DNA of 64,000 nucleotides. Origin: a virus. The position numbers and the translations under genes are program-made. Shown in pieces: positions 28,939-39,629 of this stretch; position 1 is the stretch's first letter; each line of letters begins with the position of its first letter. The DNA lies in the IMG/VR virus record IMGVR_UViG_3300037225_001468, positions 1 through 64,000 of that record; one strand, 5' to 3'. Below the pieces are notes generated by a model. The model was not told the DNA's origin and did no database searches. It worked only from the letters and a program-made list of their open reading frames with translations.

Positions 28939-30051
28939 ATGAAAAAAATATATTGTCCAGAAGAAATAGATTTTGTGTCAGGAGAGTGTTCTAACTCTTT
29001 TGAGTCTTTGTTATCTTTTTGTTGTGAAAAAGTAAAAAAGATAACAAATCCTTATGTCGGGAATAAGAGAAAAATACTTTTTAATATAGTAAAAACCATA
29101 GAAGATGAAGGTATTAAATATGACTCGATTTTAGATTTGTTTGGAGGAAGTGCTTGTGTTTCTATGGTTATGAAAATGCTTGGAAAACGTGTAATATATA
29201 ATGATTTATTGAAAAGTTCTTATTATTATGGTCTTTCATTTATAGAAAATAATCAATACTATTTAAATAAGAAAGAAATAGAATATTTGTTAAACGAATC
29301 AGATAATATAGGTTTATTTGTTGAGAAAAATTATTTAGACAGATTTACTATAAACGAGGCCCGCTTTTTAGATAGTTATCGTGAAAATGTATTGTATTTA
29401 AAAGAATTATATGAGGATAAAGACTTGTGGGATATAAAAACACAACAGATAAAAGAAGCATTAGCATTTTCTAGTCTTCAGCTTTATGTTATGGATAAAT
29501 GTTTTGTTGGAGGAAGACTAAATAGAGGACAGATTTTAGCAGAAATGAAACATAGAATTTCTCATAAAAGAAATAATGGTTCAGAAATGTCTTTTAAGAA
29601 TATAAAATATAAAACTTTTATTGTGAAAGATAACGCTAAAGAGAATAAGGCATATAATATGGATGCTTTAGATCTATTAAGTAATAAAAATATAGATACT
29701 GATGTTGATTTAGCATATATTGATCCTCCTTATGGAAATGAAATGAGTGATTATTGTGATATGTATAGTTTTTTTGAAAATTATTTAAATAATCGTGTTG
29801 TTGTTTTGTCAGATAAAGATAAGTTTTCTAAATCTAAAGGATATGAAAAAAACTTTGTTGAATTGTTAAGGAGCTTAGAACATATTCCAGTTTGGGTAAT
29901 AAGTTATAATGATTCAAGTTGGTCTGGTATAAAAGAAATAAAAAATATAATTTATAATTTTAGGAAAAATGTAAAAGAGAAAGAAATGGTATATAATTAT
30001 AAATATAGAAAGATTGGTAATGGAAAAGAATACTTAATTATTGCTAAATGA
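28939..30051 (+). CDS. D12-class DNA adenine methyltransferase
   Basis: PYVGNKRK, LDLFGGSACVS, YND, YIDPPY, ISYN. Confidence 0.85.
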   Translation: MKKIYCPEEIDFVSGECSNSFESLLSFCCEKVKKITNPYVGNKRKILFNIVKTIEDEGIKYDSILDLFGGSACVSMVMKMLGKRVIYNDLLKSSYYYGLSFIENNQYYLNKKEIEYLLNESDNIGLFVEKNYLDRFTINEARFLDSYRENVLYLKELYEDKDLWDIKTQQIKEALAFSSLQLYVMDKCFVGGRLNRGQILAEMKHRISHKRNNGSEMSFKNIKYKTFIVKDNAKENKAYNMDALDLLSNKNIDTDVDLAYIDPPYGNEMSDYCDMYSFFENYLNNRVVVLSDKDKFSKSKGYEKNFVELLRSLEHIPVWVISYNDSSWSGIKEIKNIIYNFRKNVKEKEMVYNYKYRKIGNGKEYLIIAK

Positions 30052-30069
30052 ATAAAAAAGGAAAAAAAT

Positions 30070-30945
30070 ATGGAATTAGATGTTAAGTCTTTAATAGTTG
30101 ATGCTATTAAAGAGATATCTTCAATCAGTCAAGTAGAAAACACAAAAAAAGACAATCAGGAAAAAAGAAAGATAAAAAAACATATAGAAATAAAATCTTT
30201 ATTTAAAGATGGAGATTCTGTTGAGTTGTCTAACGAGTTTGATGCTTCTCCTATTGTTTATAAAAATATAAAGAAATCTTCTTGGGAAATTAAGAGTGAA
30301 AATATTTCAGAATGGACTAATAGGGATTTTTCTATATATATGTATAAACAATATCGAGATAGATACGGTATTGGGTGGGATTTTAATCACTATAGCGTTA
30401 TAACTTATCTAGATGGAGTTAAAGAGGAGATAAGACAGACTCTTGGATTTTGTGACAATATAGTATTTAAGGATTATATTGATTATTTTTTTATGAAATG
30501 GTTAGATATTTATAAGATACAAAAAGGTGTAAAGTTTTGGTTGAGATCTTTAAAAAATTCTGATCCAATAAATGATTTTTGTTCAAAATATGATTATAAT
30601 AGAAGTATAAAAAATAGAGAACAAGTATCTGTAAATAAAGAGGTAATTGAAAATAAAGATATTGAAACTTATTATTTATTAGGAATAGAAAGTCTAATTC
30701 TTAAATTTGGTATAATAAATGCTATAAATTATTTAATAATAAATAAAAATATTTCTAAAGAAAAAGCTCTAGATAAAATGGCATTTTATTTAGTTAAGCT
30801 ATATAATAATAAGCAAATTGATAAGGTTATTGAGATAACAAATAAAAGCGGGCCTTATGTAGACAAGTGTGTTTTTAGAGATTATAAAGAGATTTTTTTG
30901 GCAATTAAGGAAAAAGGTTTTAACTTTTTAGGAGAAACAAAGTAA
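30070..30945 (+). CDS. Hypothetical protein
   Basis: 291-aa ORF with AAGGA SD. Confidence 0.7.
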   Translation: MELDVKSLIVDAIKEISSISQVENTKKDNQEKRKIKKHIEIKSLFKDGDSVELSNEFDASPIVYKNIKKSSWEIKSENISEWTNRDFSIYMYKQYRDRYGIGWDFNHYSVITYLDGVKEEIRQTLGFCDNIVFKDYIDYFFMKWLDIYKIQKGVKFWLRSLKNSDPINDFCSKYDYNRSIKNREQVSVNKEVIENKDIETYYLLGIESLILKFGIINAINYLIINKNISKEKALDKMAFYLVKLYNNKQIDKVIEITNKSGPYVDKCVFRDYKEIFLAIKEKGFNFLGETK

Positions 30946-31539
30946 ATGGAAAGCAATCATAGAGTTAATTGGCAAATTACTCATTCTAAAATAATGGTTA
31001 TTTCTGCCGAAGGGAGCAATTTGGGAGTTATGACTAAAGACCAGGCTATTAGTGAAGCGAAAAAACAAGGTCTTGATTTAGTTCAATTTTCTGGAGAGAA
31101 AAGTGATATTCCGGTTTGTAAAATGGTAGATTATGGCAAAATTAAATATCAAGAATCTAAAAAACAAAAGAAATCTCATATATTTTCAAATGATATAAAA
31201 GAAATGCGTATTGGATGTAATATTTCTCAACATGATTTAGAAATAAAAAATAGAAAAGTTATTGAATTTTTAAAAAATAAACATAAGGTAAATTATGTAT
31301 TATTTTTAAGAGCAAATGTTAATGGAAATAGAATATTTACTCATAAGGTTAACACTCCAGTAGAAGCTTCGGAAATGATGAGAAAAATGCTCGATACTTT
31401 TTCTGAAGTAGCAGAATGGTCTCCCATAAAACAATCTGGTGGTCCAGAGTTTTCAAAATGGTCTGTATCTACAACTTTAACGCCTAAGCATATAGTCCAT
31501 AAGGATAAAAACAGAGAAGAACAAGTCGTAGTTAAATAA
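30946..31539 (+). CDS. infC: Translation initiation factor IF-3
   Basis: RVNWQI, G.NLGVM...AI..A...GLDLV, PVCKMVDYGKIKY, KEMRIG.NI..HDL..K. Confidence 0.9.
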   Translation: MESNHRVNWQITHSKIMVISAEGSNLGVMTKDQAISEAKKQGLDLVQFSGEKSDIPVCKMVDYGKIKYQESKKQKKSHIFSNDIKEMRIGCNISQHDLEIKNRKVIEFLKNKHKVNYVLFLRANVNGNRIFTHKVNTPVEASEMMRKMLDTFSEVAEWSPIKQSGGPEFSKWSVSTTLTPKHIVHKDKNREEQVVVK

Positions 31540-31554
31540 TTTTGGAGAAAAAAA

Positions 31555-33216
31555 ATGACAGAAGAAACATTGACGCCACAAAAAGAACACGAAAAAGCAT
31601 TAAAGCAAATGGGAACAGTTTCTTTTACTAGTGATTTGCTTTCACTTCTAAGAAGTAGAGCTCCACTTATCTATTTAACATGTAATGAAGAAAAGAGAAT
31701 GAAAATATACTTTAAACACTTGGCCGCCTCTGAGGGTTATAAGATATATATATGGGATTGTTTTCTTGGATTATTAGATTTGATGAGTGAAAAGAAGAGC
31801 AAGGGGATAACAGACGATCTGACTCAACCAACTGTTGTGCTTGATAAAATTATAGAACAAGCTCAACAGGATGAAGATAACGCTAAATCATTAAAGAGTG
31901 AAGGTATTAGAGGGACTATTTATATTCTTTTAGATTTTCATCGCTTTATGGAAGAAGCTGTTCCTGATTTGGAGAGAAGATTAAAAACATTTTCTAATAT
32001 TGAGTCTATGACTCATATTATTATGACTGGCCCATATTTGGTTACAACTCCAACGTTGGAAGATTCTATTTCTGTTTTAGATTTTCCTTATCCAAATAGT
32101 GATGAAATAAGTTGTGCATTAAATTCATTGGTTTCTGCCATAAAAAAGCAAGGAAAACTTCCTAATTTAGAAAAAGAGACAGAAGAGCATAAAGATGAGA
32201 TTATAAAGGCAGCAAATGGTTTAACTTTAAATGAAGCTCAGATGGCTTTTTCCAAATCTGTAGTTATGAATAAAACTTTTAGTATACCAGTTATCTTAAA
32301 AGAAAAACAACAAATCATAAGGAAGAAAGGCATATTAGAATTCTTTGAACCTAAAGTGTCTATGAAAGACATTGGAGGATTAAAGCATTTAGTAAATTGG
32401 TTAGAAAGAAGAAAACTATCTTTTCATTCTGATGCTAAAAAGTATGGATTGCCTTCTTTAAGAGGAATTATGCTCCTTGGTGGAGCGGGAACGGGAAAAA
32501 GTTTAACCTGTAAGGCTATAGCTGGTTTGTATCAACTACCATTGTTGAGATTAGATTTTGGAAAATTATTTGGATCACTAGTAGGACAGTCGGAAGCTAC
32601 AGTTAGAGATATGATACGTCTAGCTGAAAATATTTCACCTGCCGTTCTATGGATTGACGAGATCGAAAAAGGTCTTTCTGGATCAAGATCAAGCGGGCAA
32701 ACGGATGGGGGAACAACTAGTAGGGTTGTATCTACATTTTTAACTTGGTTACAGGAAAAAGAAGCTCCAGTTTTTGTTGTATGCACAGCAAATGATTATT
32801 CTACAATTCCTCCTGAATTTATGCGAGCAGGTCGTCTCGATGAAGTTTTTTTCGTCGATTTACCTACAAAGACTGAACGTAAAGATATATATAAAGTTTT
32901 ATTTAAAAAACACAATAGAGATCCGTTAAAGTTTGACATAGATTCTCTTGCTTCTGTTACTGAGAACTATAGTGGAGCAGAAATTGAAAAATCTATAGTT
33001 TCAGCTTTGTTTGAGGGATTTAGTGATAATAAAAGAGAAATTACAACAAAAGATGTCTCTATGGCAGTAAAATCTTTTAAGCCTTTATATGATATTAGAC
33101 AGGAAGAATTTGATGAAATGAGGGATTGGGCAAAGGGTAGATGTGTTATGGCAAATTCTGACGAAGAAGATGTATCAGCAACGAAGGAAAAGGAATATAA
33201 GAATTTAGATTTATGA
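31555..33216 (+). CDS. Ycf46/SpoVK-type AAA+ ATPase
   Basis: DIGGL..L..WL..R, GGAGTGKS, LPLLRLDFGKLFGSLVGQSE, WIDEIEK, PPEFMRAGRLDEVFFVDLP. Confidence 0.9.
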   Translation: MTEETLTPQKEHEKALKQMGTVSFTSDLLSLLRSRAPLIYLTCNEEKRMKIYFKHLAASEGYKIYIWDCFLGLLDLMSEKKSKGITDDLTQPTVVLDKIIEQAQQDEDNAKSLKSEGIRGTIYILLDFHRFMEEAVPDLERRLKTFSNIESMTHIIMTGPYLVTTPTLEDSISVLDFPYPNSDEISCALNSLVSAIKKQGKLPNLEKETEEHKDEIIKAANGLTLNEAQMAFSKSVVMNKTFSIPVILKEKQQIIRKKGILEFFEPKVSMKDIGGLKHLVNWLERRKLSFHSDAKKYGLPSLRGIMLLGGAGTGKSLTCKAIAGLYQLPLLRLDFGKLFGSLVGQSEATVRDMIRLAENISPAVLWIDEIEKGLSGSRSSGQTDGGTTSRVVSTFLTWLQEKEAPVFVVCTANDYSTIPPEFMRAGRLDEVFFVDLPTKTERKDIYKVLFKKHNRDPLKFDIDSLASVTENYSGAEIEKSIVSALFEGFSDNKREITTKDVSMAVKSFKPLYDIRQEEFDEMRDWAKGRCVMANSDEEDVSATKEKEYKNLDL

Positions 33217-34019
33217 AAAATATAACTTTATTAAAAAATAAATTTGAGAAAGAGAATGCTCAAAAATACTGTAATGTTTCTGATGTAAATAAGTGTCCAG
33301 ACCCTAAAAAAGAATGCACTTGTGCAATAGCAGCAGAGACAAAAGCATATTTACATACTATTATACCTGAGCCTTTTTATAAATATTCTATTAATGATTT
33401 TGATGGAAGATCAAAAGATGATAGTGAAGAACTTATTGACGCAAGAATAGCTTTGGCTGCTAAGAAAAAAGTTATAGAATATTGTTGGGAAAGTGTTTCT
33501 ATAGAAAATATTGGCAGTATTAGTTCAATAGAGTTAGATAAAAAATCTATTATTTGTAAAAGAAAAGATGAATGTTCTAATGTTGTTATACATGCTGGAT
33601 TTTCTTCTGGTGATGATATCCGTAAGGGGATATTTTGTCCAAGAGGGAAAACCCTCATAGCTTCTATTATTATGAAAGAAGCCATAAACAGCAGGACAAG
33701 GGGAGGAATATATTCTTCTCAAACATTTGATTGGATAGAATTTCCCATATTAGAAAATATGATTAAAAATAAAGAGGACATATCTGTTTCAGACATAAGA
33801 TCTGCTGATTGGCTTGTTGTAGATGATATTCCTTATAGTAAATATTATGCCAAAAATCTTTTAGATCCTTTTTTCCTTGAAAGGTTAAGTGATGGGCTCC
33901 CTTCTATATTTGTTTTTAAATTTGATGTAAAAAAAATAATAGAAGAAGATATTCTTGGGGTTGCTATATCTAAAGTTATACATGATCCTAAAACATTTTT
34001 TATTAAGTTGTCAAGTTAA
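33213..34019 (+). CDS. DnaC/IstB-like helicase loader (degenerate Walker A)
   Basis: N-terminal Cys cluster, IP..FY...I.DF, RGKTLIAS, WLVVDDI; directly upstream of dnaB. Confidence 0.55.
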   Translation: MKNITLLKNKFEKENAQKYCNVSDVNKCPDPKKECTCAIAAETKAYLHTIIPEPFYKYSINDFDGRSKDDSEELIDARIALAAKKKVIEYCWESVSIENIGSISSIELDKKSIICKRKDECSNVVIHAGFSSGDDIRKGIFCPRGKTLIASIIMKEAINSRTRGGIYSSQTFDWIEFPILENMIKNKEDISVSDIRSADWLVVDDIPYSKYYAKNLLDPFFLERLSDGLPSIFVFKFDVKKIIEEDILGVAISKVIHDPKTFFIKLSS

Positions 34020-34020
34020 T

Positions 34021-35532
34021 ATGATTGATAGAAAACAAAAAATTAGTATTGAAAAAGAATTTATTAGTTTATTATTAAAATATAAAGATTTAGTTTCTGA
34101 ATGGAGAGAGACTGGCCCTGATAGGATTTTTTTTGATAATAATCATAAATACATATTAGAAGCGATTATAGAATCTTTTAATAACGATGTTCTTTTAACA
34201 AGAAAAACATTTGAAAGTTTTTTAGAGAAAAGAATATCCGTTAAAAGTGATATAGTTGCTCAAGGATATTTATATTTATCAACTAATTCTATTCCTGTTA
34301 AAAGAGATGATTTTCCAAATCTTAAAGATAAAATAACAGAAGCTTTTTTGTCAAAAAAAGCAATATCAGCTATAGAAGAATTTAGAGATATTTTTTCTAA
34401 AAAGGGAGCCGGCGTAGCTACTAAAAGTCTTTTAGAAAAATTAAAAAATTTAGTAGATGACACAAAAGAAACAAAACAGATATACTATGAATCAATAACT
34501 GATTATTCTGAAGAATATTACGAAAAACTTGTTGAAAAAAGAAATAGAGGGGCAGATGTTGACGTAATAAGATCTCATATTAAGGAAATAGATGAAGCTA
34601 TGGTTGTTGGTTTCGCTCCTGGAACATTAACTTTATTTTGTGGAGACGTTGGAGGATTCAAATCGGCCCAGATGTTAAATGTCGGATCAAATATTTGGCA
34701 GTTTTCTAAAAAGAATGTATTGTTTGTTCCCCTTGAAATGCCAAGGGAAAAAATGTTTCAAAAATTTGTTTCAAGATTTTTGAAGATACCATTTGATAGA
34801 ATAGAACATCCAACTCTTCTTACGGAAGATGAATTAAAAAAAATAGGAACTATAGGTAAATCTATTTTAGATATAGATATTAAAAATAATTCAAAGTTTT
34901 TTATAATGGAGGCTCCTGATCAAATTAAAGTATCAGTTATAAGGAGAGAAATAGAAAAACATATTGATATCTTTAAGCCTAATGTTGTTATAATAGATTA
35001 TATTGCCAATTTAGTGCCTGATGGTAATGATAGAAATGATCTAGAAATAGGATATATGTTAAAGGCTTTGAGGACAATGGGGAAACCTGGAGGAATGACT
35101 CATGATGGATTCGCTATTGTTTCTGGAGCTCAAATAGGAAGAGAAGCATTAAAAAGGATAAGAAGAAGCGCGGCTAATAAAATGGCTTTTTATTCTGAAG
35201 ATTTAAGGGGATCTCATGAATATTCTGCTGATGCTGATAATATTTTTGCACAAATGGAAGATCCTCAACAACCTCAAAGTCGGTTAAATATATATGTCAT
35301 TAAGGCTAGATATGGAAAGAAGATTTTCAATAACGGATCAATTAAAGCATCTTTAGAAGTAAAACCTGAAATAAGTTTAATTCAAAGTGTTAATGATTCT
35401 TTTTATAAAGTTAAGCATGAAGAGATAATGAACAAAATAAATAGTTCTAATGATTTGAATTTTGAAGAAAATAAGACTACAGAAAAATCTATTACTAATG
35501 ATGTTGAACTTGATAAAATACTAGGACTGTAA
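34021..35532 (+). CDS. dnaB: DnaB-like replicative helicase
   Basis: GDVGGFKS, VPLEM, IIDYI, AQ..R, DAD, KARYG. Start moved to ATG 34021. Confidence 0.85.
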   Translation: MIDRKQKISIEKEFISLLLKYKDLVSEWRETGPDRIFFDNNHKYILEAIIESFNNDVLLTRKTFESFLEKRISVKSDIVAQGYLYLSTNSIPVKRDDFPNLKDKITEAFLSKKAISAIEEFRDIFSKKGAGVATKSLLEKLKNLVDDTKETKQIYYESITDYSEEYYEKLVEKRNRGADVDVIRSHIKEIDEAMVVGFAPGTLTLFCGDVGGFKSAQMLNVGSNIWQFSKKNVLFVPLEMPREKMFQKFVSRFLKIPFDRIEHPTLLTEDELKKIGTIGKSILDIDIKNNSKFFIMEAPDQIKVSVIRREIEKHIDIFKPNVVIIDYIANLVPDGNDRNDLEIGYMLKALRTMGKPGGMTHDGFAIVSGAQIGREALKRIRRSAANKMAFYSEDLRGSHEYSADADNIFAQMEDPQQPQSRLNIYVIKARYGKKIFNNGSIKASLEVKPEISLIQSVNDSFYKVKHEEIMNKINSSNDLNFEENKTTEKSITNDVELDKILGL

Positions 35533-36200
35533 TGGCGGAAAAAATTAGTAAATTTGTTGTTGATACTATTTGTTCAAAATATTCTATTGAAGATTTTCTG
35601 TCTTCTATTGGTATAGAATTAAAATATAAATATGAAGACAAACTAATATATATATGTCCTTTACATAAAGATAGTAAACCTTCTTTTGTTGTATATACGA
35701 GTGGGGAGTTCCAAACTTATTATTGCTTTGGATGTCAATCTACTGGAAATATAATTTCATTATACTCTAAAGTAAAAAATATATCTTTTACGGAAACAAT
35801 AAATCAATTAGGTGGATATAATGTTTCTAATAAAGATGAAATAAATTTTATAGTTGATTATCTTAAAAAAAAAGAAGAAAATAGTAAAGACAAAAAAGAT
35901 AATGAAGATATATTTTCTAATATATCGTTAAACATAAGTAGAGTATGTTATGATTTTTTAATAAGAGTCAATTTTGATATAGAAGAACAAAATATTTTAG
36001 AAAAATTATATAAAAAAATAGATAATTATATTTTATTGGAGAACATAAAAGGTTTATTAGAATTATATTTTATTATTATTGGAGAAAATAAATATGATAA
36101 AAATATTTTAATGGAAAGAGAAAAGATATACGAAGACAGAAAGAATAAAATAGATACAGAATATGATGAAGTTTATAAAGAACTGGGTATAACATTATGA
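35532..36200 (+). CDS. Stand-alone primase CHC2 zinc-binding domain protein
   Basis: CPLHKDSKPSF.V...YYCFGC...GNII, followed by a helical region with no TOPRIM motif. Confidence 0.85.
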   Translation: MAEKISKFVVDTICSKYSIEDFLSSIGIELKYKYEDKLIYICPLHKDSKPSFVVYTSGEFQTYYCFGCQSTGNIISLYSKVKNISFTETINQLGGYNVSNKDEINFIVDYLKKKEENSKDKKDNEDIFSNISLNISRVCYDFLIRVNFDIEEQNILEKLYKKIDNYILLENIKGLLELYFIIIGENKYDKNILMEREKIYEDRKNKIDTEYDEVYKELGITL

Positions 36201-37069
36201 ATGATAAAAATGATTTCATAGATAAAATTATATGTGAAGACAATTTATCTGTTTTAAAAAGAATGCCTGATTCTTTTGTTGATCTTATATTCACTTCTCC
36301 TGTTTATAACGTAAATATAAAATATTTAAGTCATGATGATTGTATGCCGTATGATGTTTATCTTAATTGGCTTAAAGATAGGTTTATTGAGTGTAAGAGA
36401 GTATTAAAGCCAGGTGGAAGATTGGCTATTAATATTGACGCTATGACAAATAGACAATCAGATAAAGAAAAAGAATATGTTAGACCTATTTATGCTGATT
36501 TGGTAAACATGATGAAAAGTAAGGAAATAGATCTTAACTTTAGAACTGAAATATGTTGGTATAAACAGAATGCGGTAGGAAAAAAGACTGGGTGGGGTAG
36601 TTTTTGTTCTTCTAGCAACCCAGTTATACGACGAAATCATGAATATATTTTAGTTTGGTCAAAAGATCAATGGAAATTAGAGGGAGATAGTGAACAATCG
36701 GATATGACATTTGAAGAGTTTAATGAATATACTTTTTCTACATGGTTTATTCAGCCAGAAACAAGGAAATTGGGAGGTCATCCAGTCCCATTTCCATGCG
36801 AATTAGCAAAAAGAGTTATTAAACTATTTACTTATAGAGACAATATAGTTATGGATATTTTCTCTGGATCAGGGACAACCTGTTATGTAGCTAAACAATT
36901 TAATAGAAAATATATTGGAATAGATATTGATAAGCAGTATTGTGAGTTTGCTAATAATAGAATAAAACAGTTTGAAGACGATATAATGAGTGAAGAAAAA
37001 TATATTATTAGATCTGAAAGATTAAAAAAAAGTAAAATATTAGATAAAGAAATGGAAAATTTGTTATGA
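36197..37069 (+). CDS. N4-C/N6-A DNA methyltransferase (beta class)
   Basis: DLIFTSPVYN, RVLKPGG, HEYI, HPVPFP.EL, DIFSGSGTT, IGIDI. Confidence 0.9.
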   Translation: MNDKNDFIDKIICEDNLSVLKRMPDSFVDLIFTSPVYNVNIKYLSHDDCMPYDVYLNWLKDRFIECKRVLKPGGRLAINIDAMTNRQSDKEKEYVRPIYADLVNMMKSKEIDLNFRTEICWYKQNAVGKKTGWGSFCSSSNPVIRRNHEYILVWSKDQWKLEGDSEQSDMTFEEFNEYTFSTWFIQPETRKLGGHPVPFPCELAKRVIKLFTYRDNIVMDIFSGSGTTCYVAKQFNRKYIGIDIDKQYCEFANNRIKQFEDDIMSEEKYIIRSERLKKSKILDKEMENLL

Positions 37070-37485
37070 TCCTTCCAGATAATGATTTAGTTTTTGAAAT
37101 AGAGTTTGATGACATAACTATGTTAGAGTCAGAAGGAAACTTTTTTGAAGTTGAAAAAATAATGGAAAAAGAAATGTTTGGAGGAAAAGAGTGGATGATA
37201 GAAACTAATGTTATGATAAATAACCCTTATGGATCATCAGAAATGAACTTACATTTTTTTTCTAATAAAGATGTTTTTATAATGAGTTTTGCTACAACAT
37301 CTAAAGAGGATGTTTTTTATAATCCAGATATAAGGTGTGTTTCTATGTGGGCTCAAGAAAATGGATGGAATATACCACAACCGAGTCCAGATTTAATTGG
37401 AGATAATTTAAATTTTTGGAAACATTTTTGGGAAACAGGTCTTATTAATTCTAAATATTTAGATAAAAAATATGGAAAGAAATAA
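37066..37485 (+). CDS. Hypothetical protein
   Basis: 139 aa, ATGA-coupled to the upstream gene. Confidence 0.7.
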   Translation: MILPDNDLVFEIEFDDITMLESEGNFFEVEKIMEKEMFGGKEWMIETNVMINNPYGSSEMNLHFFSNKDVFIMSFATTSKEDVFYNPDIRCVSMWAQENGWNIPQPSPDLIGDNLNFWKHFWETGLINSKYLDKKYGKK

Positions 37486-37709
37486 TGTTTCGAACATGTA
37501 AATATTGTTATATAAAAGAAAAAATGATTTTTGATAATTCTTTGCTTGAGTATGAAAACTTATTTGGATTTTTGTGTAAAAATTGTGGTATGTTTAATGA
37601 ACCAGTTGCGGATTTGCCTATAGTAGAATATAATAAGAAAGTTAAAGAGAGATTTTTAGAAACAATAAGAGAAAAAATGAGGAGAAAATTTAATGCCAAT
37701 AAATTCTGA
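37485..37709 (+). CDS. Small zinc-finger protein
   Basis: CKYC ... CKNC. Confidence 0.6.
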   Translation: MFRTCKYCYIKEKMIFDNSLLEYENLFGFLCKNCGMFNEPVADLPIVEYNKKVKERFLETIREKMRRKFNANKF

Positions 37710-38220
37710 TAAGTCGAAAATTACTTTAGATTTTGAGTATGAAAACGAAAAAATAAAATACTTAGTGAAATATCATCATACTGATGATTTCGGTCCCACT
37801 GTCTCTTTGTCTGAAGAAGGAACTAATTCTGTTAGTTTTCCTGCTGAAATGTTTTCTGAGATAACTGACTTTTTAAGAGAACAAAAACACTTGCGATATC
37901 CTAAAATAGAAGTAAGGCAAAAAGAAACAGTAGAAAAAACTTTACCAATTCCGGAAATACAAATAGAAGAAGATGATAAGAAAATAGACATGATAAACGA
38001 AGATAGCAAGGGAGAAATTAAGGAATTTGAAAGTTTTGATATTGAGACTAAAACAGTCAAAGAGCAAGAAGAAATAAACACGCAAGTTAAAAAACAACCT
38101 ATTAATATTGAAGCAAAAGAAGTAGATTCTAAAGAATTTATAGAAGAACGAAGAAATGCTGCTGAAAAAGCTAAATTATCTCAAAAAAAGATTAAGAGAT
38201 TAGATAATATAGAGGAATAA
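37693..38220 (+). CDS. Hypothetical protein with charged C-terminal half
   Basis: 175 aa, GGAG SD. Confidence 0.7.
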   Translation: MPINSDKSKITLDFEYENEKIKYLVKYHHTDDFGPTVSLSEEGTNSVSFPAEMFSEITDFLREQKHLRYPKIEVRQKETVEKTLPIPEIQIEEDDKKIDMINEDSKGEIKEFESFDIETKTVKEQEEINTQVKKQPINIEAKEVDSKEFIEERRNAAEKAKLSQKKIKRLDNIEE

Positions 38221-38223
38221 AAA

Positions 38224-38466
38224 ATGGAATATCCCTGTAAGCTAGTTCCGGTATTAAAAGTTTTATCAACTCCAAAAGGACTTTTTGAGCCTTTATGTAA
38301 TAGTTGTAAAACTAAAGATTGCACTAATCCGGTGGAGGAAAGAGAGATTAGTATATTAGGAGTAAATAAAAAGTTTAGAATGTATATGCGTGGAGATGAC
38401 CCATGTTTTGTAATTCAATGTAATGAAGGATATACTACAGATGATAATGAAGAAGATGACATTTGA
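38224..38466 (+). CDS. Cys-rich hypothetical protein
   Basis: CNSC...C, C..QC. Confidence 0.6.
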   Translation: MEYPCKLVPVLKVLSTPKGLFEPLCNSCKTKDCTNPVEEREISILGVNKKFRMYMRGDDPCFVIQCNEGYTTDDNEEDDI

Positions 38467-39250
38467 TGAATATCAACAAATAAATAACGATATAAATGCT
38501 AAATACAAACAAAATGCTCAATTATTAAAAGATAATATTGAGAAGATAAGTAAACGCAAAGATACTAAAACAATAGTTTATCCTGAATTAAAAGAAGCAT
38601 TTGACTTTGTTGATTCTGTTTTTCCTAAATCTAATGTTAAAGAAGTTAAAGTTCTTGTTTGTGATAGAAAATTTCTTGAAGATTTAGGATATAAGGGGAT
38701 TGGCGGATTTTTTGAAAGAGTTATGAAGACTGTTGTTATACCTGATAATTTAAATTTCTCTTCTAATAAAAAAACAGATAAAAAAACAGATATAAAAATA
38801 TGTGCTAAATTAACTACTGATGAAGTCCTCGTTCATGAACTTTTTCATTATGTTTCTGATACATTTAATAAAAAGATTAGTTCTATAGAAATGGAAGAAG
38901 AATTTGCTTATGGAAATTCTATAGCATATTTAAAGAAAAAAGGTTATTCTGAAGAACAAATTATAAATGATAAATTTATGCCGTTTTTATATAATTCTAT
39001 TGATAAAAATAAAATAGTTAAAAAAGTTTTAATAGATAAAGATTATGATATTAAAGAGTTTTCTACTAAATCTACCAAATATCAAAAAGATATTATAAAC
39101 AAATATAAAAAACAAATAATTGAAGAAACAAAAAAAGAAGCATTCAAAAAGGGTCAAGAAATAATAGAAATATATAAACCTTTTACTACTCAAGAAATAA
39201 AAATAGAAGACGGTTCAAAAAGATTTGATTTAATTGATTTTGGAGATTAA
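38423..39250 (+). CDS. HExxH zincin-like protein
   Basis: VLVHELFHY followed by EEEFAY; true start may be ATG 38456. Confidence 0.6.
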   Translation: MKDILQMIMKKMTFDEYQQINNDINAKYKQNAQLLKDNIEKISKRKDTKTIVYPELKEAFDFVDSVFPKSNVKEVKVLVCDRKFLEDLGYKGIGGFFERVMKTVVIPDNLNFSSNKKTDKKTDIKICAKLTTDEVLVHELFHYVSDTFNKKISSIEMEEEFAYGNSIAYLKKKGYSEEQIINDKFMPFLYNSIDKNKIVKKVLIDKDYDIKEFSTKSTKYQKDIINKYKKQIIEETKKEAFKKGQEIIEIYKPFTTQEIKIEDGSKRFDLIDFGD

Positions 39251-39252
39251 AA

Positions 39253-39531
39253 ATGCCAATATATCAATATAAAGGTAAAATAAATGGTAAAATATATGAG
39301 ATATCTCGTTCTATCTCTGAACGAGAAAAAGAATATATTGCTGAAGATGAAGAAGTGTGTGAATTTATTCCTTGGTATTTAGTAGAGAAAATAAAGTCTA
39401 ATCTTGGTATTATTGATAAAAATGCTGAGGCTTGGGAAAAAGATGCTGAGTATGTAAAGAAGTGTGCTCCAAAATATGTAAAGTATAGAGATGGACATCG
39501 GGAAAAATTTGACCCAACAAGACATTGTTGA
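39253..39531 (+). CDS. FmdB-like small protein lacking most Zn-binding Cys
   Basis: MPIYQY....GKIYE..RSISE resembles the FmdB N-terminus MPxYEYxCxxCG. Confidence 0.45.
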   Translation: MPIYQYKGKINGKIYEISRSISEREKEYIAEDEEVCEFIPWYLVEKIKSNLGIIDKNAEAWEKDAEYVKKCAPKYVKYRDGHREKFDPTRHC

Positions 39532-39629
39532 AGAAAAATAAAAAGGCTGGCTGTGACTGAAGTGTCTCAAATTAGAGACCGGATTGATTTTGATGTTTTT
39601 AGAGAGAATATGTTAAAATTAGGAGATTC

